From positions 1 to 62,685 of the IMG/VR virus record IMGVR_UViG_3300037354_000009: a stretch of DNA of 62,685 nucleotides. One strand, given 5' to 3'. Under the pieces are notes generated by a model. The model saw only the letters and a list, made by a program, of their open reading frames with translations. It ran no database searches and was not told the origin of the DNA. A program made the position numbers and the translations under genes. Each line of letters begins with the position of its first letter. Within the stretch, counting starts at the first letter, position 1. Origin of the DNA: a virus (taxonomy: Duplodnaviria > Caudoviricetes). This document shows positions 18,947 to 30,000 of the stretch, one piece after another.

Positions 18947-19080
18947 ATTGGTTGAGAGGAGTCTTACTCTGTCAACCAATCAAAACTCTGCTGGACCTCA
19001 GCACTGCATTGGTACCTAGTGAAAACTAGGAACCATTCATTGCTGATAGCCAACAGACCGGCGTAAGCCGGTCCAGTACT
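18947..19080 (+). ncRNA. candidate structured small RNA (~135 nt)
   Basis: no ORF; stems ATTGGTTGA/TCAACCAAT, TCAGCA/TGCTGA, CCTAGT-GAAA-ACTAGG, GACCGGC-GTAA-GCCGGTC (two GNRA loops on + strand); directly after class A promoter. Confidence 0.6.
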
Positions 19081-19088
19081 TAGCCCTA

Positions 19089-19613
19089 CTACGGTAGCCC
19101 TATGTAGGTACCGCATGGCCATTTGTACACTTCACCGATCTTAAACCCGAAGTGATAGATGAAGCGAACGATGAAGTTCTCTGACCACAAAGGACCAGTC
19201 GGCAATGACACAGACCAGCTGTCTACCTCAGGAAAGTACTCCATCTTTCCAGAGGAACCCTTGAAGTACTCCGTCAATGCCTCAGAAAGCTTCTCTTCGA
19301 AGCCAGGATTCCACGGGATCTTCTCGAATGCAGCGTTGGCTTCCGTGGCCAGAGCATTCTTAGCCTCATCAGTGGACAAGGTCCTCATCAGTTCTTCGGT
19401 TTCTTCGAATAGCTTCTTTCGATCTCTCTTGTAGAAGTGGTAGGTCAGCACGTCGCCTGCCACTCTCCACTCAGCCAACAGATTGTCCTTTACCACTTGG
19501 TTGAACTTAGGCACCGCCTTGATCACACTATCAAGCGGTACGGTATCTGTTGGTAGAGTGTCTACTGCTTTGTGTTCGGTCTCAGTTGCGAAGAACGGTA
19601 CGATCTCAGCCAT
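19089..19613 (-). CDS. hypothetical protein
   Basis: 174 aa, RBS GAGGA, coupled to upstream gene. Confidence 0.6.
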   Translation of the reverse strand: MAEIVPFFATETEHKAVDTLPTDTVPLDSVIKAVPKFNQVVKDNLLAEWRVAGDVLTYHFYKRDRKKLFEETEELMRTLSTDEAKNALATEANAAFEKIPWNPGFEEKLSEALTEYFKGSSGKMEYFPEVDSWSVSLPTGPLWSENFIVRFIYHFGFKIGEVYKWPCGTYIGLP

Positions 19614-20517
19614 CTTTATCCTCCTCTAACATACTGTCGTGGATCAGCTTACCGTCGGTTCCGGCTCCCGACTTGCTGAAGTTGTCACCTGCAAGCTCTT
19701 CAATGGACAGCACCCTGCTTGTGTCCTTCTTCATCCTGAACTTCTCGAATGCCTGGAGAACTTCCTTCAGAGCTACATCGCTCTGCCGCATCTCGTTCTC
19801 AGCAGCAGTGATGACGTCCATGTAGTTCTTCATCATCTTGGAGTGGATGATAGAGGCGGGCTGCCTTTCGATCTCTAGCACCTTCATGAAGGCTACGTCC
19901 CGCATACGACGAGCCACCACACCAGTGTTGATGTTGGGTGGTGGACCAGACATGCCAGCCAACCAAGGCACCACCATCTCCTGCATGTCTGGGGCAGCAG
20001 TGAGAGTAGTGATACGATCATAAGCATTGGGCTTATGATCCATGAACGCTATCCACTCACTCATGGATAGGAGTCTACGGTTCCAGAAGTAGTGCTGGAA
20101 CGCAGACACACCCTCCACAGTGAGGCTAGCGCCGTGATACTTGTTGGCTTTGGTTACGATGTCCTCGAATCTCAACGAGGACAAGATCAATTGCTCGATG
20201 TTTTCTCTTAACCTGGGTTCACCTAATATCCTGTAAGCCTCAGCCACTGCTGGGGTAGGGAACCACAGCTCATGGATGTTGTGCTTGCGCAGGTACGCTA
20301 CAGTCTCCTCATACGCTTCGGAATCACCTGATGGAGACGTCTCCCAGGGATCTGGAAAGGGCTCCATCTTCTCCTGAAGCTCCTCCAGATAGCGCCTGCC
20401 TACAGACTCCATCTGATGGTCTTCAAGGATTGTTACGAGCGTACCTAGATCGTACTCCCTCTTACTAATTAAGAATCTAATGAAGTATTCTGCTGGGCTA
20501 TGCCTAAGGTCTGCCAC
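19606..20517 (-). CDS. hypothetical protein (possible terminase small subunit by position)
   Basis: 303 aa helical protein two genes upstream of terL; no diagnostic motif. Confidence 0.5.
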   Translation of the reverse strand: MADLRHSPAEYFIRFLISKREYDLGTLVTILEDHQMESVGRRYLEELQEKMEPFPDPWETSPSGDSEAYEETVAYLRKHNIHELWFPTPAVAEAYRILGEPRLRENIEQLILSSLRFEDIVTKANKYHGASLTVEGVSAFQHYFWNRRLLSMSEWIAFMDHKPNAYDRITTLTAAPDMQEMVVPWLAGMSGPPPNINTGVVARRMRDVAFMKVLEIERQPASIIHSKMMKNYMDVITAAENEMRQSDVALKEVLQAFEKFRMKKDTSRVLSIEELAGDNFSKSGAGTDGKLIHDSMLEEDKDG

Positions 20518-20535
20518 GGGACACCTCTCGTGGAC

Positions 20536-22563
20536 TTAGGCCTGTGGTGCAGCGTCGAGTGTCTTCAGTCCCGCAACTACCTTGTCCAGATGCACCAGTG
20601 CTCGCTGAAGGGCCCCCTCATCTACAGTGTGCAGCCCCATCCTGGTAGCTACCAGAAGCTCTGCCATCTTGCGGATGACAGACTCGAACTCTGGGATGTA
20701 TCCAGCAAAGATGGCTACGTTCTCAGGGTTAATGAACCCCACCGACAGTACCTTGTCCACCGCCGTCGGGTCCTCTAGCATCGCTGCTTCCTTGAGAAGG
20801 TAGGCACGAAGAGGAGGGAGCTTATTCATGACGTCTGCAGCAGCCAGCTTGGCCTTACCGTAGCGTTCACTCATGAGGGTGACTGGCTTGGCAGAGAACC
20901 ACATCTCGTGGCTCGCCTGCTTTTGCATGCTCACCAGATCTTGAGCGAACTGCACAGGCTCCTGTCCCAACACCGCTCCCAAGAACACAGCATCGTCCTT
21001 GTCCACGAACTTGGTCGGGATTAGGTGGGCAACCTTGTCAATCTCTTGACCCTGGAAGCTGTACTCCACGCCATTCGTGATGACCCGAACAGCATTCGTC
21101 ATGGCCAGGGCCTGGCCTACCTTGGTGAACTCATCTGGAGATGAGGCAAGATCAGTAGGCTCATTGAGCGTGATGAAGCCGCACTCTTCTGGAATACCGT
21201 AGTGCCCCTCTTCGATCATGGCTGGCATCTTCAGACCAGGAACCTTGGAGACCGTGATCTTCTCACCCAAGGTAGTGTCACAGTGGAATGACATACCCTC
21301 TGGTGTCTCTTCGCAAGCAGTGACGTTGACAGGAGTGAAGGCCAGCGCCCCATCAGAAGCAGCATGGTAGAAGCAGCCAAGACCCTCTGGATCTGAATCG
21401 ATCAGGTCACTGGTCTTTGCTACTGCCACACCCGCAATGTTCTCCTGTACAGCGGACTCGCTGCCGTTGGTGAACACAGACATAGGCAACAACGTACCAT
21501 CAAAGTCCATGATCTTTGGGAACACCCAGCCAACCAACTCACGGTTCTCGTTCTGGGTCTTGACCTTGTACATACCGAACTTGTTGACCACTTCGATTGT
21601 CACATCTACCAGGGTCTTCTTCACTGCAGGTTCTGATGTGATGGTAGTGGTGCCGTCTGCCTCTACTTTGGACACCATGTCCCCACCAAGAGCACCGACT
21701 GCTGCTTGACGAGGGATATCCTGAGCATCAGGGATGAAGGCATCTGGATTGGCCGTCTTGATACGGAAGCCATCGTCTAGCCTCTTGATCTGAATAACGG
21801 TGGGCTTGATAGCCCCAGCTATCTTGCGAAGGTAGTCTTCTCCGCTGCCGACATTGGCAGTCGCAGCCTTCGTCAGCTTCTTGATGAAGCCCATAGCTGC
21901 AGCGTTCTTGGTCAGGGTGCCAGCCAAGCTCCACGCTTCATCAGTCTCACCACCGACCTTGCTGAGCACGTCACTGGCCTGCTCCCTGGTGATGGTGGGT
22001 AGGATGGCGTCGAACAGGAACTCTGGGTGAGCTCCACCCTCCTTGCCCATGCCACCGGAGGCACCAACGTCTGCCATCATGGGGCCACGAGCACCACCAT
22101 ACTGACGGTGAGGTGGGTACAGCTGCTCAATGAGAGAGATGTCGCCTGGCCGCTCACGGATAGCTTCGAACAGGTTGGGGCGGAACAGGGCCTTACGTAG
22201 GCGCTCATCTGTGAGAGGCTCCACCTTCCCATCGTAGACCAAGGTGTCTAGCTGCTTGAGCTTGCCATCCTGGACAATGATCGGAATGATAGCCTTCTGC
22301 CTACCCTTCAGGGTAGCAGGGGTATCATCATCCCGTGGGTTGATGGCCATCTTGTTGAGGAGTTCGACCTGACCCAGGCCATACCGCCTGTCCGAGTCCA
22401 CCACCCGGAGCACCACCTTGGGGGCGTACTCGCTGGTGTAGGGGGCCTGACGGTACAGCTCATCGAGAATCTGCTGAGGCCAGTCATTGGCATCCTCGCT
22501 TAGCATGCACTCCATGCCTAGCTTCTCGAGTTGGATTGGGTTTTGATCTAGAAAGAGGTTCAT
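20536..22563 (-). CDS. large putative head core protein with K-x-A/G motifs
   Basis: 675 aa; EKLG, SKVG, TKNA, RKIA, TKVG, DKVA, QKQA, AKLA, LKEA. Confidence 0.65.
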   Translation of the reverse strand: MNLFLDQNPIQLEKLGMECMLSEDANDWPQQILDELYRQAPYTSEYAPKVVLRVVDSDRRYGLGQVELLNKMAINPRDDDTPATLKGRQKAIIPIIVQDGKLKQLDTLVYDGKVEPLTDERLRKALFRPNLFEAIRERPGDISLIEQLYPPHRQYGGARGPMMADVGASGGMGKEGGAHPEFLFDAILPTITREQASDVLSKVGGETDEAWSLAGTLTKNAAAMGFIKKLTKAATANVGSGEDYLRKIAGAIKPTVIQIKRLDDGFRIKTANPDAFIPDAQDIPRQAAVGALGGDMVSKVEADGTTTITSEPAVKKTLVDVTIEVVNKFGMYKVKTQNENRELVGWVFPKIMDFDGTLLPMSVFTNGSESAVQENIAGVAVAKTSDLIDSDPEGLGCFYHAASDGALAFTPVNVTACEETPEGMSFHCDTTLGEKITVSKVPGLKMPAMIEEGHYGIPEECGFITLNEPTDLASSPDEFTKVGQALAMTNAVRVITNGVEYSFQGQEIDKVAHLIPTKFVDKDDAVFLGAVLGQEPVQFAQDLVSMQKQASHEMWFSAKPVTLMSERYGKAKLAAADVMNKLPPLRAYLLKEAAMLEDPTAVDKVLSVGFINPENVAIFAGYIPEFESVIRKMAELLVATRMGLHTVDEGALQRALVHLDKVVAGLKTLDAAPQA

Positions 22564-22572
22564 TGCGTTCTC

Positions 22573-22866
22573 CTACGTAATCATTCCTTGGATCAGGGGT
22601 CCACCTGCTGTACCAGGTGGGCAGGTACCCATCACCATAGCGTTGGATAGTAAGTGCGCCACTACGGCCTTAGCCACAGCATCAGCTATGACCTGGGCCA
22701 TGGGGTCAGCCATGAAGGTTGGCTTCAAAGTAGGTGTCGTCGTGACACTTATAGTACCGTCACCATTATCCGTCTTGTTGATGGCTGTTTCTGGAGACAT
22801 GCCGATAGGCACCGTGGTCAACAGTGAGTGGATGGCAGCCGATAGTGCGTTTGGATCTAGTGGCAT
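22573..22866 (-). CDS. small baseplate/spike-associated protein
   Basis: 97 aa immediately downstream of gpV-like spike gene. Confidence 0.5.
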   Translation of the reverse strand: MPLDPNALSAAIHSLLTTVPIGMSPETAINKTDNGDGTISVTTTPTLKPTFMADPMAQVIADAVAKAVVAHLLSNAMVMGTCPPGTAGGPLIQGMIT

Positions 22867-22869
22867 GTT

Positions 22870-24093
22870 CTACTTCAAATAAACGATCTTTGCGAGGATG
22901 CTAGCCAGTGCCCCTGCCTGAATGGGAGGACCATTGGGTACGTGAGTATGTGTTGCGAGCCAGTTCAATAACTGTAACCCAAGAACGCCTGGCTCGGAAG
23001 CGTCTGCACCACCTAATTTCAAAGAGGATGCAGTGATTGACTTGATCTTGGCCCAAGTCTCTGCACTTCCCTCATTTCCAGTAATGGTGTGGTCTTTCTT
23101 GATGGTCTCAGTGAGAGCACCCTGCACTATGAGTTCACGATCCTTAGTGACGGTGATGCTCTGTGTACCATCCACTGTCAGCGTGTCTGTACCGGTGATC
23201 TCTACCTTGCGGTCACCCTGCATCGTGTAGGTGGTGCCGTCTCTACCTATTCGAAGGATGAACTTCTCACTCTGGGTGGTTCCATCTATTGGATTCACGT
23301 TGTCTGGAGAGACCACCACTTCTATGAATGGAACAGCGTCACTGGGAAGATGGGTACTCTTAATCAAGGAGCCGACGCTTACCTTGACAGAAGCCATCTT
23401 ATCTTGAGCAAACTCTCTGGCCACCAGCATGAACTGCGTGGGAGCATCAGCATCAGGCGTGGTCTCCGACGGGTGCACCACCCAGCTCATGGTTCCGGCT
23501 GCTGTGTTCAGCTCGTAGTTCTCGCAGAAGTCCCGGATGTAGTTGCCTAGAGGTATGTAAGCCCGCTGACAGATATTAGTGGACCCTATCTGAAGGACAC
23601 CACCTCGACGCATGACTACGAAGTTCTCATCCCGGCCCTGCCACAGCATGTCCCCAGGGTTGAGCACGGGTCTCTTCGACCGGTAGCTTGCGTCCGAGAC
23701 CCTCTCCTGGGTAGTGCCACCGGAGGTGGATACCTTGGGCGTAGAGACGAGAGCAGTCTCCTGGGTACCTGTTGGCTCCTCCTGGGCGTTCGTACTGCCA
23801 GAGTCCACTGCCGATGCTTCAGGGGCAGTGAGGAACCCCATGACGAAGGGAGACTCGTCATCAGATGGCCAGCAGAGCACGCACACGGCACCTACCTCAG
23901 GCACTACGGTGAAGCCCTCACCGTTGTTGTAGTGGAGGTATGGGGCCATGATTTGCACCCCAGCGATCTGCCTGCCTGAGTGTTGGGACACCCAGTCTAT
24001 GGTCATGTTCTGTGGGTTCACGTTGGCTACGACACCGGTCTCACATCGAAACCGGCTCTTGCCGTCGCTCACCATTGAGTTCTTGAAGGCCAC
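22870..24093 (-). CDS. baseplate central spike protein (gpV/gp45/gp5-like)
   Basis: N-terminal OB-fold (GVVANVN...VPEVGAVCV...PFVMGF), 8-residue beta-helix repeats (ITGTDTLT VDGTQSIT VTKDRELI VQGALTET), C-terminal THTH tip motif. Confidence 0.75.
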   Translation of the reverse strand: MAFKNSMVSDGKSRFRCETGVVANVNPQNMTIDWVSQHSGRQIAGVQIMAPYLHYNNGEGFTVVPEVGAVCVLCWPSDDESPFVMGFLTAPEASAVDSGSTNAQEEPTGTQETALVSTPKVSTSGGTTQERVSDASYRSKRPVLNPGDMLWQGRDENFVVMRRGGVLQIGSTNICQRAYIPLGNYIRDFCENYELNTAAGTMSWVVHPSETTPDADAPTQFMLVAREFAQDKMASVKVSVGSLIKSTHLPSDAVPFIEVVVSPDNVNPIDGTTQSEKFILRIGRDGTTYTMQGDRKVEITGTDTLTVDGTQSITVTKDRELIVQGALTETIKKDHTITGNEGSAETWAKIKSITASSLKLGGADASEPGVLGLQLLNWLATHTHVPNGPPIQAGALASILAKIVYLK

Positions 24094-27000
24094 TAGTATT
24101 CCCCTGGCTTTCCTTTTCCTACCTCAGCACCGTACACAATGGCTGGGATCGGATGGACCCCGTGGATGCTACTCGTCCAGCCCTTCTGAGCTGCTTCTAT
24201 GATCGTATCCGACAGGTTCTCGTGATTGAGCTTAGCTATCCAGTCTTCTTGCATCTCTAGTGGTAGTACGTTGACACCCTTGAGAATGGGCTCATGGATT
24301 ATTGGGTGAGCTCCCTTAGGCATGCTCCTGTTGATACTGGAGACCTGAGACGTAGAAGCAAAGTCTCCACGGATATACCCAGTGGAGGAGCCTGGGTCCT
24401 TGATCTTAGTGAGGTTGGTCAGTGCCTTCACCACTACCTCGTGGTTCCTTCTACGGATACCCGAGTCAGCGAAGGCATTGCTTAGCTCCTTGGCCAAGTG
24501 CAATTGCACAGGCTCTACACCAGTGAGAGCAAGCATCTCGTGTGGATTCACCAGACCACCAGAGATTGGGCTACCCTTCTTAACCTCCATCCCGACCTTC
24601 AACGGCTGTCCGTTGTACATCGGGGCACCTATTGCGTGGGGTACGTAGTGCGTGTGCCCTTCTACGGTGACTTCGTAACCACCGGCTGCTGATGGGGCGA
24701 TCTTAGTTACCTTACCATTCACTCCGCTCAAAGTAGCAGACCCAGGCAGTACCTTCGGGAAGGCCAACAGATTCTTGACGTTCTCGAAGTCATCGACCAG
24801 AGCACTCTTAGAAGAGGCGGTACCACCAGTGTGGAACGCCTTCAGGGCCAGCTGCGTAGTGCGTTCGCCCAGGGACTGCCCAGCAAGGACACCTACGTTG
24901 AGTCCCTTCTCTGGCAACACACCGTTCTCTGTGAGACCGTAACACTTCTGGCAGATACCGGGCCCGTGCAGGCAGCGAAGTGGAGACCTGACCACTACCT
25001 TACCCACGTTATTGTTCCGTAGGGAATTGCGTACCTCAGGTGTGATCAGTGTGCCTGTCTTGAAGACGTGGCTGCCTGCCTTGATGTCAGCCGCAGTGAA
25101 CCTATCCAGGACGTCCTTGTCATCTACACCAAGGGCTATACCCTTATCTGTACCGCAGTCATGATCTACGATCAAATTGTTCATGACCGAGTTCATGACC
25201 TGCTTGCTGATGTAGCCAGGCTCCTGAACGGATTGAACCTTCTGGATGATGCCCTTACGGGAACCACTGATAGCCGTCCAGTAGTCTGCGACATCCAGTC
25301 CTTCGGAGTAAGACCTACGAACTGGAGTAGGGATGATCTCTCCCTTGTGATTGCTCATGAGCATGGGCGCAGCACGTATCTGCCTGAGGGTATCGGTACC
25401 ACCCTTCATGCCCACGTTGTGCAGGAGCATCAGATTGTTATCGCTCTCGGACACAGCCCTAAGATGTTTGTTCATCTCATTAGTGGCTGCAGCGTAGATG
25501 TCAATCTGCTTTTGATCTTTGTGTGGGCCAGTAAGCTTGTGTACTTTGGCATCGGCTTCAGCCAAGATCTTGTCTCTCATGTGGCGCTCAGGAGCTATGT
25601 CCTTCATGCCAATGGAGAAGGCCGTGTCTGTGGCCCACATGTTCCCGAGATCTTTCAGCTTGTTAGCAGCGTCACTGTACTCACCCTTGTGCTCCTTGCC
25701 GATCTGGGTGAACATGGCTTCCTGTGCCTTCTTGTCTAGAGAGGCACTGCCCTCTAGTAGCTTCCGGCGCATGGCCTCTGGTAGAGCACCGGCTACCATG
25801 AATCTTCCTACACTAGCCTTCATACCGCCTACAGACACTCTATCAGTGAGGTGCGCTTCTCCCCTCCTGACAGCAGCCTCCATCTCCTGCATGTTGGCGA
25901 ACTTATGATTCGTATTCTTCCCAGGCTGCATGATTCCATACAACCCGAGTCTGCTCTCGTTAGTCGGGGCGTACATGATGTCCCCTGTAGAAGGACTGAA
26001 TAGGTTCCTTGAGGGCAGCATCTTGTGTGCTTCTGCCACAGCTTCTACGCTCACAGGTACGAAGGCACCCATGGCATCGCCATCGAAGTCAGCATTGAAT
26101 CCGCTGGTAACCAGAGGGTGTACCTGCACCGCCTTGCCTCCTACTATACGAGGCTTGAATGCCTGCACACCGTACTTGTGGAGAACAGGATCTCTCTTGA
26201 GGAGAATGGGCCTACCTGCCATGACTCTGTTCAAAGCACGATCAACTATCTCACCACCCTCAGTCAGCTGCTTCTGTGCCTGCAGTGGGGTAATGCCAAG
26301 CATGTTCTTCAGCTCACGTACAACGAATGGCTTGTACACCTCGAGTGCAGCAGACCTAGGCAGGCCTACTTCGTCCAACCCTAGAGACGGCTCTGGGATA
26401 ATGGTTCCACGCATGGACATGTCCTGCTTGCGTTCGACCAATTGATCTTGGAAGAAGCCCTCCTTGGGAGAGCCACCCTTAGCGCCTGTCCTGACATCTA
26501 TGACCTTCTTGCCGTGGATGTAGTCCAGGATTCCTCTGCGCACCTGGGACGGGTACCCACCAATACCAGCCAGTGCACGAAGGCCATCATAGACCTCATT
26601 ACGAACGTCAACCTTCGACGGATCATCATCCGGGATCAATGGAGACATCTTAGAGTAACGAGAAGCCGATAGGTGCAGGTTCTTGTAAAGACCATTCAGA
26701 TCTTCTTCGCTGATGGTTCCATTGGGTAGCACTGGTAGAGGCCGCATCGAAGGAGGAAGAATAGGTATGGTCTTGGCTAGGTACGCTTGAGAAGGGGTCA
26801 TGCCCACCTTGTCTAGCGCCTGCAGCAACTTCACTTTGCTGTTGGCATGGTCTAGGTAGGAGCCTTTCAACGTAGGCTTATCTAGTGCGATCTTAGCGGC
26901 AGCTAGGTCTCTCTTCACATCGATCTTTCCAAGCATGTGCTCGAAAGCCTTACCTCCTACGATCCCACCAGGCATCTTCTCAGCCAGCCCTATCTTACCC

Positions 27001-30000
27001 GTACCAGGATCTACGGCTAGCGTACCACCCACCACCCCATCGAACTCTTTCTGCTTGATGCCAAGCAAACGAATGATCGCACTCTCAAAGACTGGATTCG
27101 GAAAGGCTTCTGGCAGGTGGTAATGTGACCACTTCGTACCCTCTAGCCCACCAGTAACCTTGGGGTCGAACAAACCACCGGGTTCTGGCTTCATGTTCTT
27201 GGCAGTAACCCACCGAGCTGGATCTGTGATCTCACCGTTGCTCTGCTCAACGATCTGCTTGTCAGTCATCGGCATCAACGTGAGATTGTTCCCTACTTTG
27301 TGTACATTCACCCCTAGCCCCTTGATGTACCCAAGGAACTTGTGATACGCAAACGAAGGCTTAGGTGTAGGCAACATCTCTCCAGCCTGGAGAGCGGACC
27401 AGAACTGATCTCCTTGAGCAGCGTCACTCTTCAGAGTCTGCATCTCTCGCAAGTTGGCCACTGCACCGTGAGCCAGCATAGAGTACAGACCAAGGGTACC
27501 CAGAGACTTGGCTCCCTGTGGACCACCGCCCCTAGGGATCATGTTCTTGTCGTAGGCGTAGCCAGTACCACCAGCACGAGCACTCAGCTTCTTTTCTACC
27601 TGGTGATGGAGCTTGAAGACGTGCATGGGTCCGACTAAAACGTCACCCATCTTGTTGTGAGTAACGGGATCGAATACCTCTTCCTTGTCTGTGAGTCCAT
27701 GCTTCTCGAGGTCAGCCGTCACCTGTGCATGGAAGTCTGCGCCTGGAGCAAAGTTCTTGACCAGGTAAGGCTTGCCAGTCTTCTCTGCAATCTTACCGGC
27801 TGCGACCTCGAGCACCTGCCCTAAGTTGGTTCTACCCGTGACACCCAGTGGGTTCAGTAAGATCTCAAGATGCCTACCGTCCTTGGTGTGTGGCATCTCG
27901 CTGTCAGGTATGATGCGAGTAACGATACCCTTATTACCGTGCCTGCCTGTGGCCTTGTCACCGATCTCAAGTGGCTCCTCAGTCTTCACGTGTACTGACA
28001 CGTTCTTGCCGACCTTCACCACCTCTTTGACGATACCAGAGTAGTCGCTGTCCCACTTGATGCTGGAGTCTTTGTACGGCCTGACGATGGACTTGTGAAG
28101 CTTCGACAGTTCTATGTCTTCCTTACGCTCAGGATCATTAGAAGCACGAAGAGCAGCCACCAAAGTATCCCCAGGCATAATCACTGTACCTGGTAGTACG
28201 ACGCCTTCTTCATCTAGCTTGTCGTACTGAGCCTTGTTCATGGCCGTTGGCATGTACGCCTGGAACTTCTTCTTGTCCAGGATGTGTGCGATGTCCCGCT
28301 CCAGAGAGTGCCTGTGCAGGTGCTCAGATGTCAGCTTCTTAGCTGCGCTCTCGCTGACCACGATGCCGTCATCAAAGTTGTACCCTTTGTAGGGCATGAA
28401 CCCTGCTCGCAGGTTGGTTCCTATGGCTAGAGTACCGCCCTTGGTGTAGTTGGTATCAGCAATGGTCTGCCCATCAGTAACCCGATCACCCACCTTAACG
28501 ATGGGCTCAGCATGCATGAAGGCCTTGTCCTCGTTCAGTGGAAAATTATCGTAGATGTGTACCTCGTGCTTGCCACCATCAGATTTCTTGATGATGATGG
28601 AGTCGGACTTGATCTTGTGGACTACGCCATCTACTGGAGATCTGTGACTAGCAAAAGTACCGACCACCTTATCAAAACTATTGGCACCAGCCATGCTCTG
28701 AACAAGAGGGACCTCCCTATGCTTGAGCGAGATAGCTTGTTCCATCTGCCGACCAGCCATGGTGCTACGGTTCGGGTGATCTGAGGGCATGAATGGAATC
28801 ATGTTGGATGACATAGAGAACATCTGAAGAGGGTCCTTCATGATGTAGTCTGCGTCCTTCAACTTCCCCTCATAGATCTCGTTGCCTGGCCCACTGATCT
28901 TGACTACGTCACCTGCAGCCTTTGGCTTGCCGCCTTCCCAGTGTACTTGATCTGGTAGAGCTACGTGTGACCGGTATGCCAGAGCAGGATTCACATCCTC
29001 ATGCTTCCCAGTCTTCGTGTTGTACATACGCACAACAACATCGTGCCCCTTCTTGATGACACCAAGAGGGAGTCGCAGGGTGATGCCGGTAGCGTGACCT
29101 TCGGGAGTATGGATAGGGTCCAAGAATCCTAAGTGAGAGGGGTCAATCAACTTGGCATCGTCGCTGATCTGATGCTCAGACTTGACGCCACCATCCCCCA
29201 TGATGGTTGTCTTCATCTGCGCAGAAACCATCTCCAACGGATTCGTCTGGTCCGTAACGATAGCTAGAGAGTTCTTACCGAACATCTGCTTGATCGGACG
29301 GTTGAACACCTCTGGAGAGATGATGTCCCTGACTCTATCCTTTCGGTCAATGTTATTGTTGACCTTCCTTATGATCTCTCTAGAGCCTTTGATCAACCTC
29401 TCTGCTGCAAAGTCCTCAATCGAATGGAGGTCTTTGAACATGAGAGCATCACGTGGGTCTGGCTTAGCCTCACCTCGAGAGATCTGAAGGAGCTTGTGAG
29501 ATGCGTCCAACAATAATGGGCCAGTGACTGATGTGTACCCTTTACCTAAGGTGAATAGGTTCACCTCTGGACGAAGTACAGTCTTGCCCATGGTCTCCCA
29601 CAGGTGCGCCTTTGCCTCATCTGGCGTGGGCTTAGTAGTCTTGTCACCTGTAGATGCCCGGTAGAACTTGGCCAGTTCCTTGGTCTCGTCTGCGTGATTG
29701 ACACCTACGATGTCTTTACCCCAGGACTTCTCTACCTCTTCCTCAGACACACCCATGGCGTGTAGGAACGGTTTCAATGGCATGTTTGAGTTGCCGTAGT
29801 TCAGTGTGAACTCCTTCGACTTTGGATCGAAGTGTACCTTGAACCCGCCAATAGCATTGACATGAGACTCGAGAGCCCCGTCTGCTTTGACCATGTTATA
29901 GACACCTGGCTTCAGCCTCCACTGGTTGTCTATCTGGTACTCTTGGCCATCCACAATGTGGCTATACCTACTGGTGACCTTAGGCAGGTTCAGCAGGTTC

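Noticed and set aside
18970-18975. Minus-strand TTGACA upstream of terL as a sigma70 promoter
   Set aside because: No acceptable -10 at 16-19 nt; it is part of the RNA stem
18990-19080. Hammerhead ribozyme (CTGATAG and GAAA present)
   Set aside because: Core is not CUGANGA, and GAAA is a hairpin loop in the wrong order
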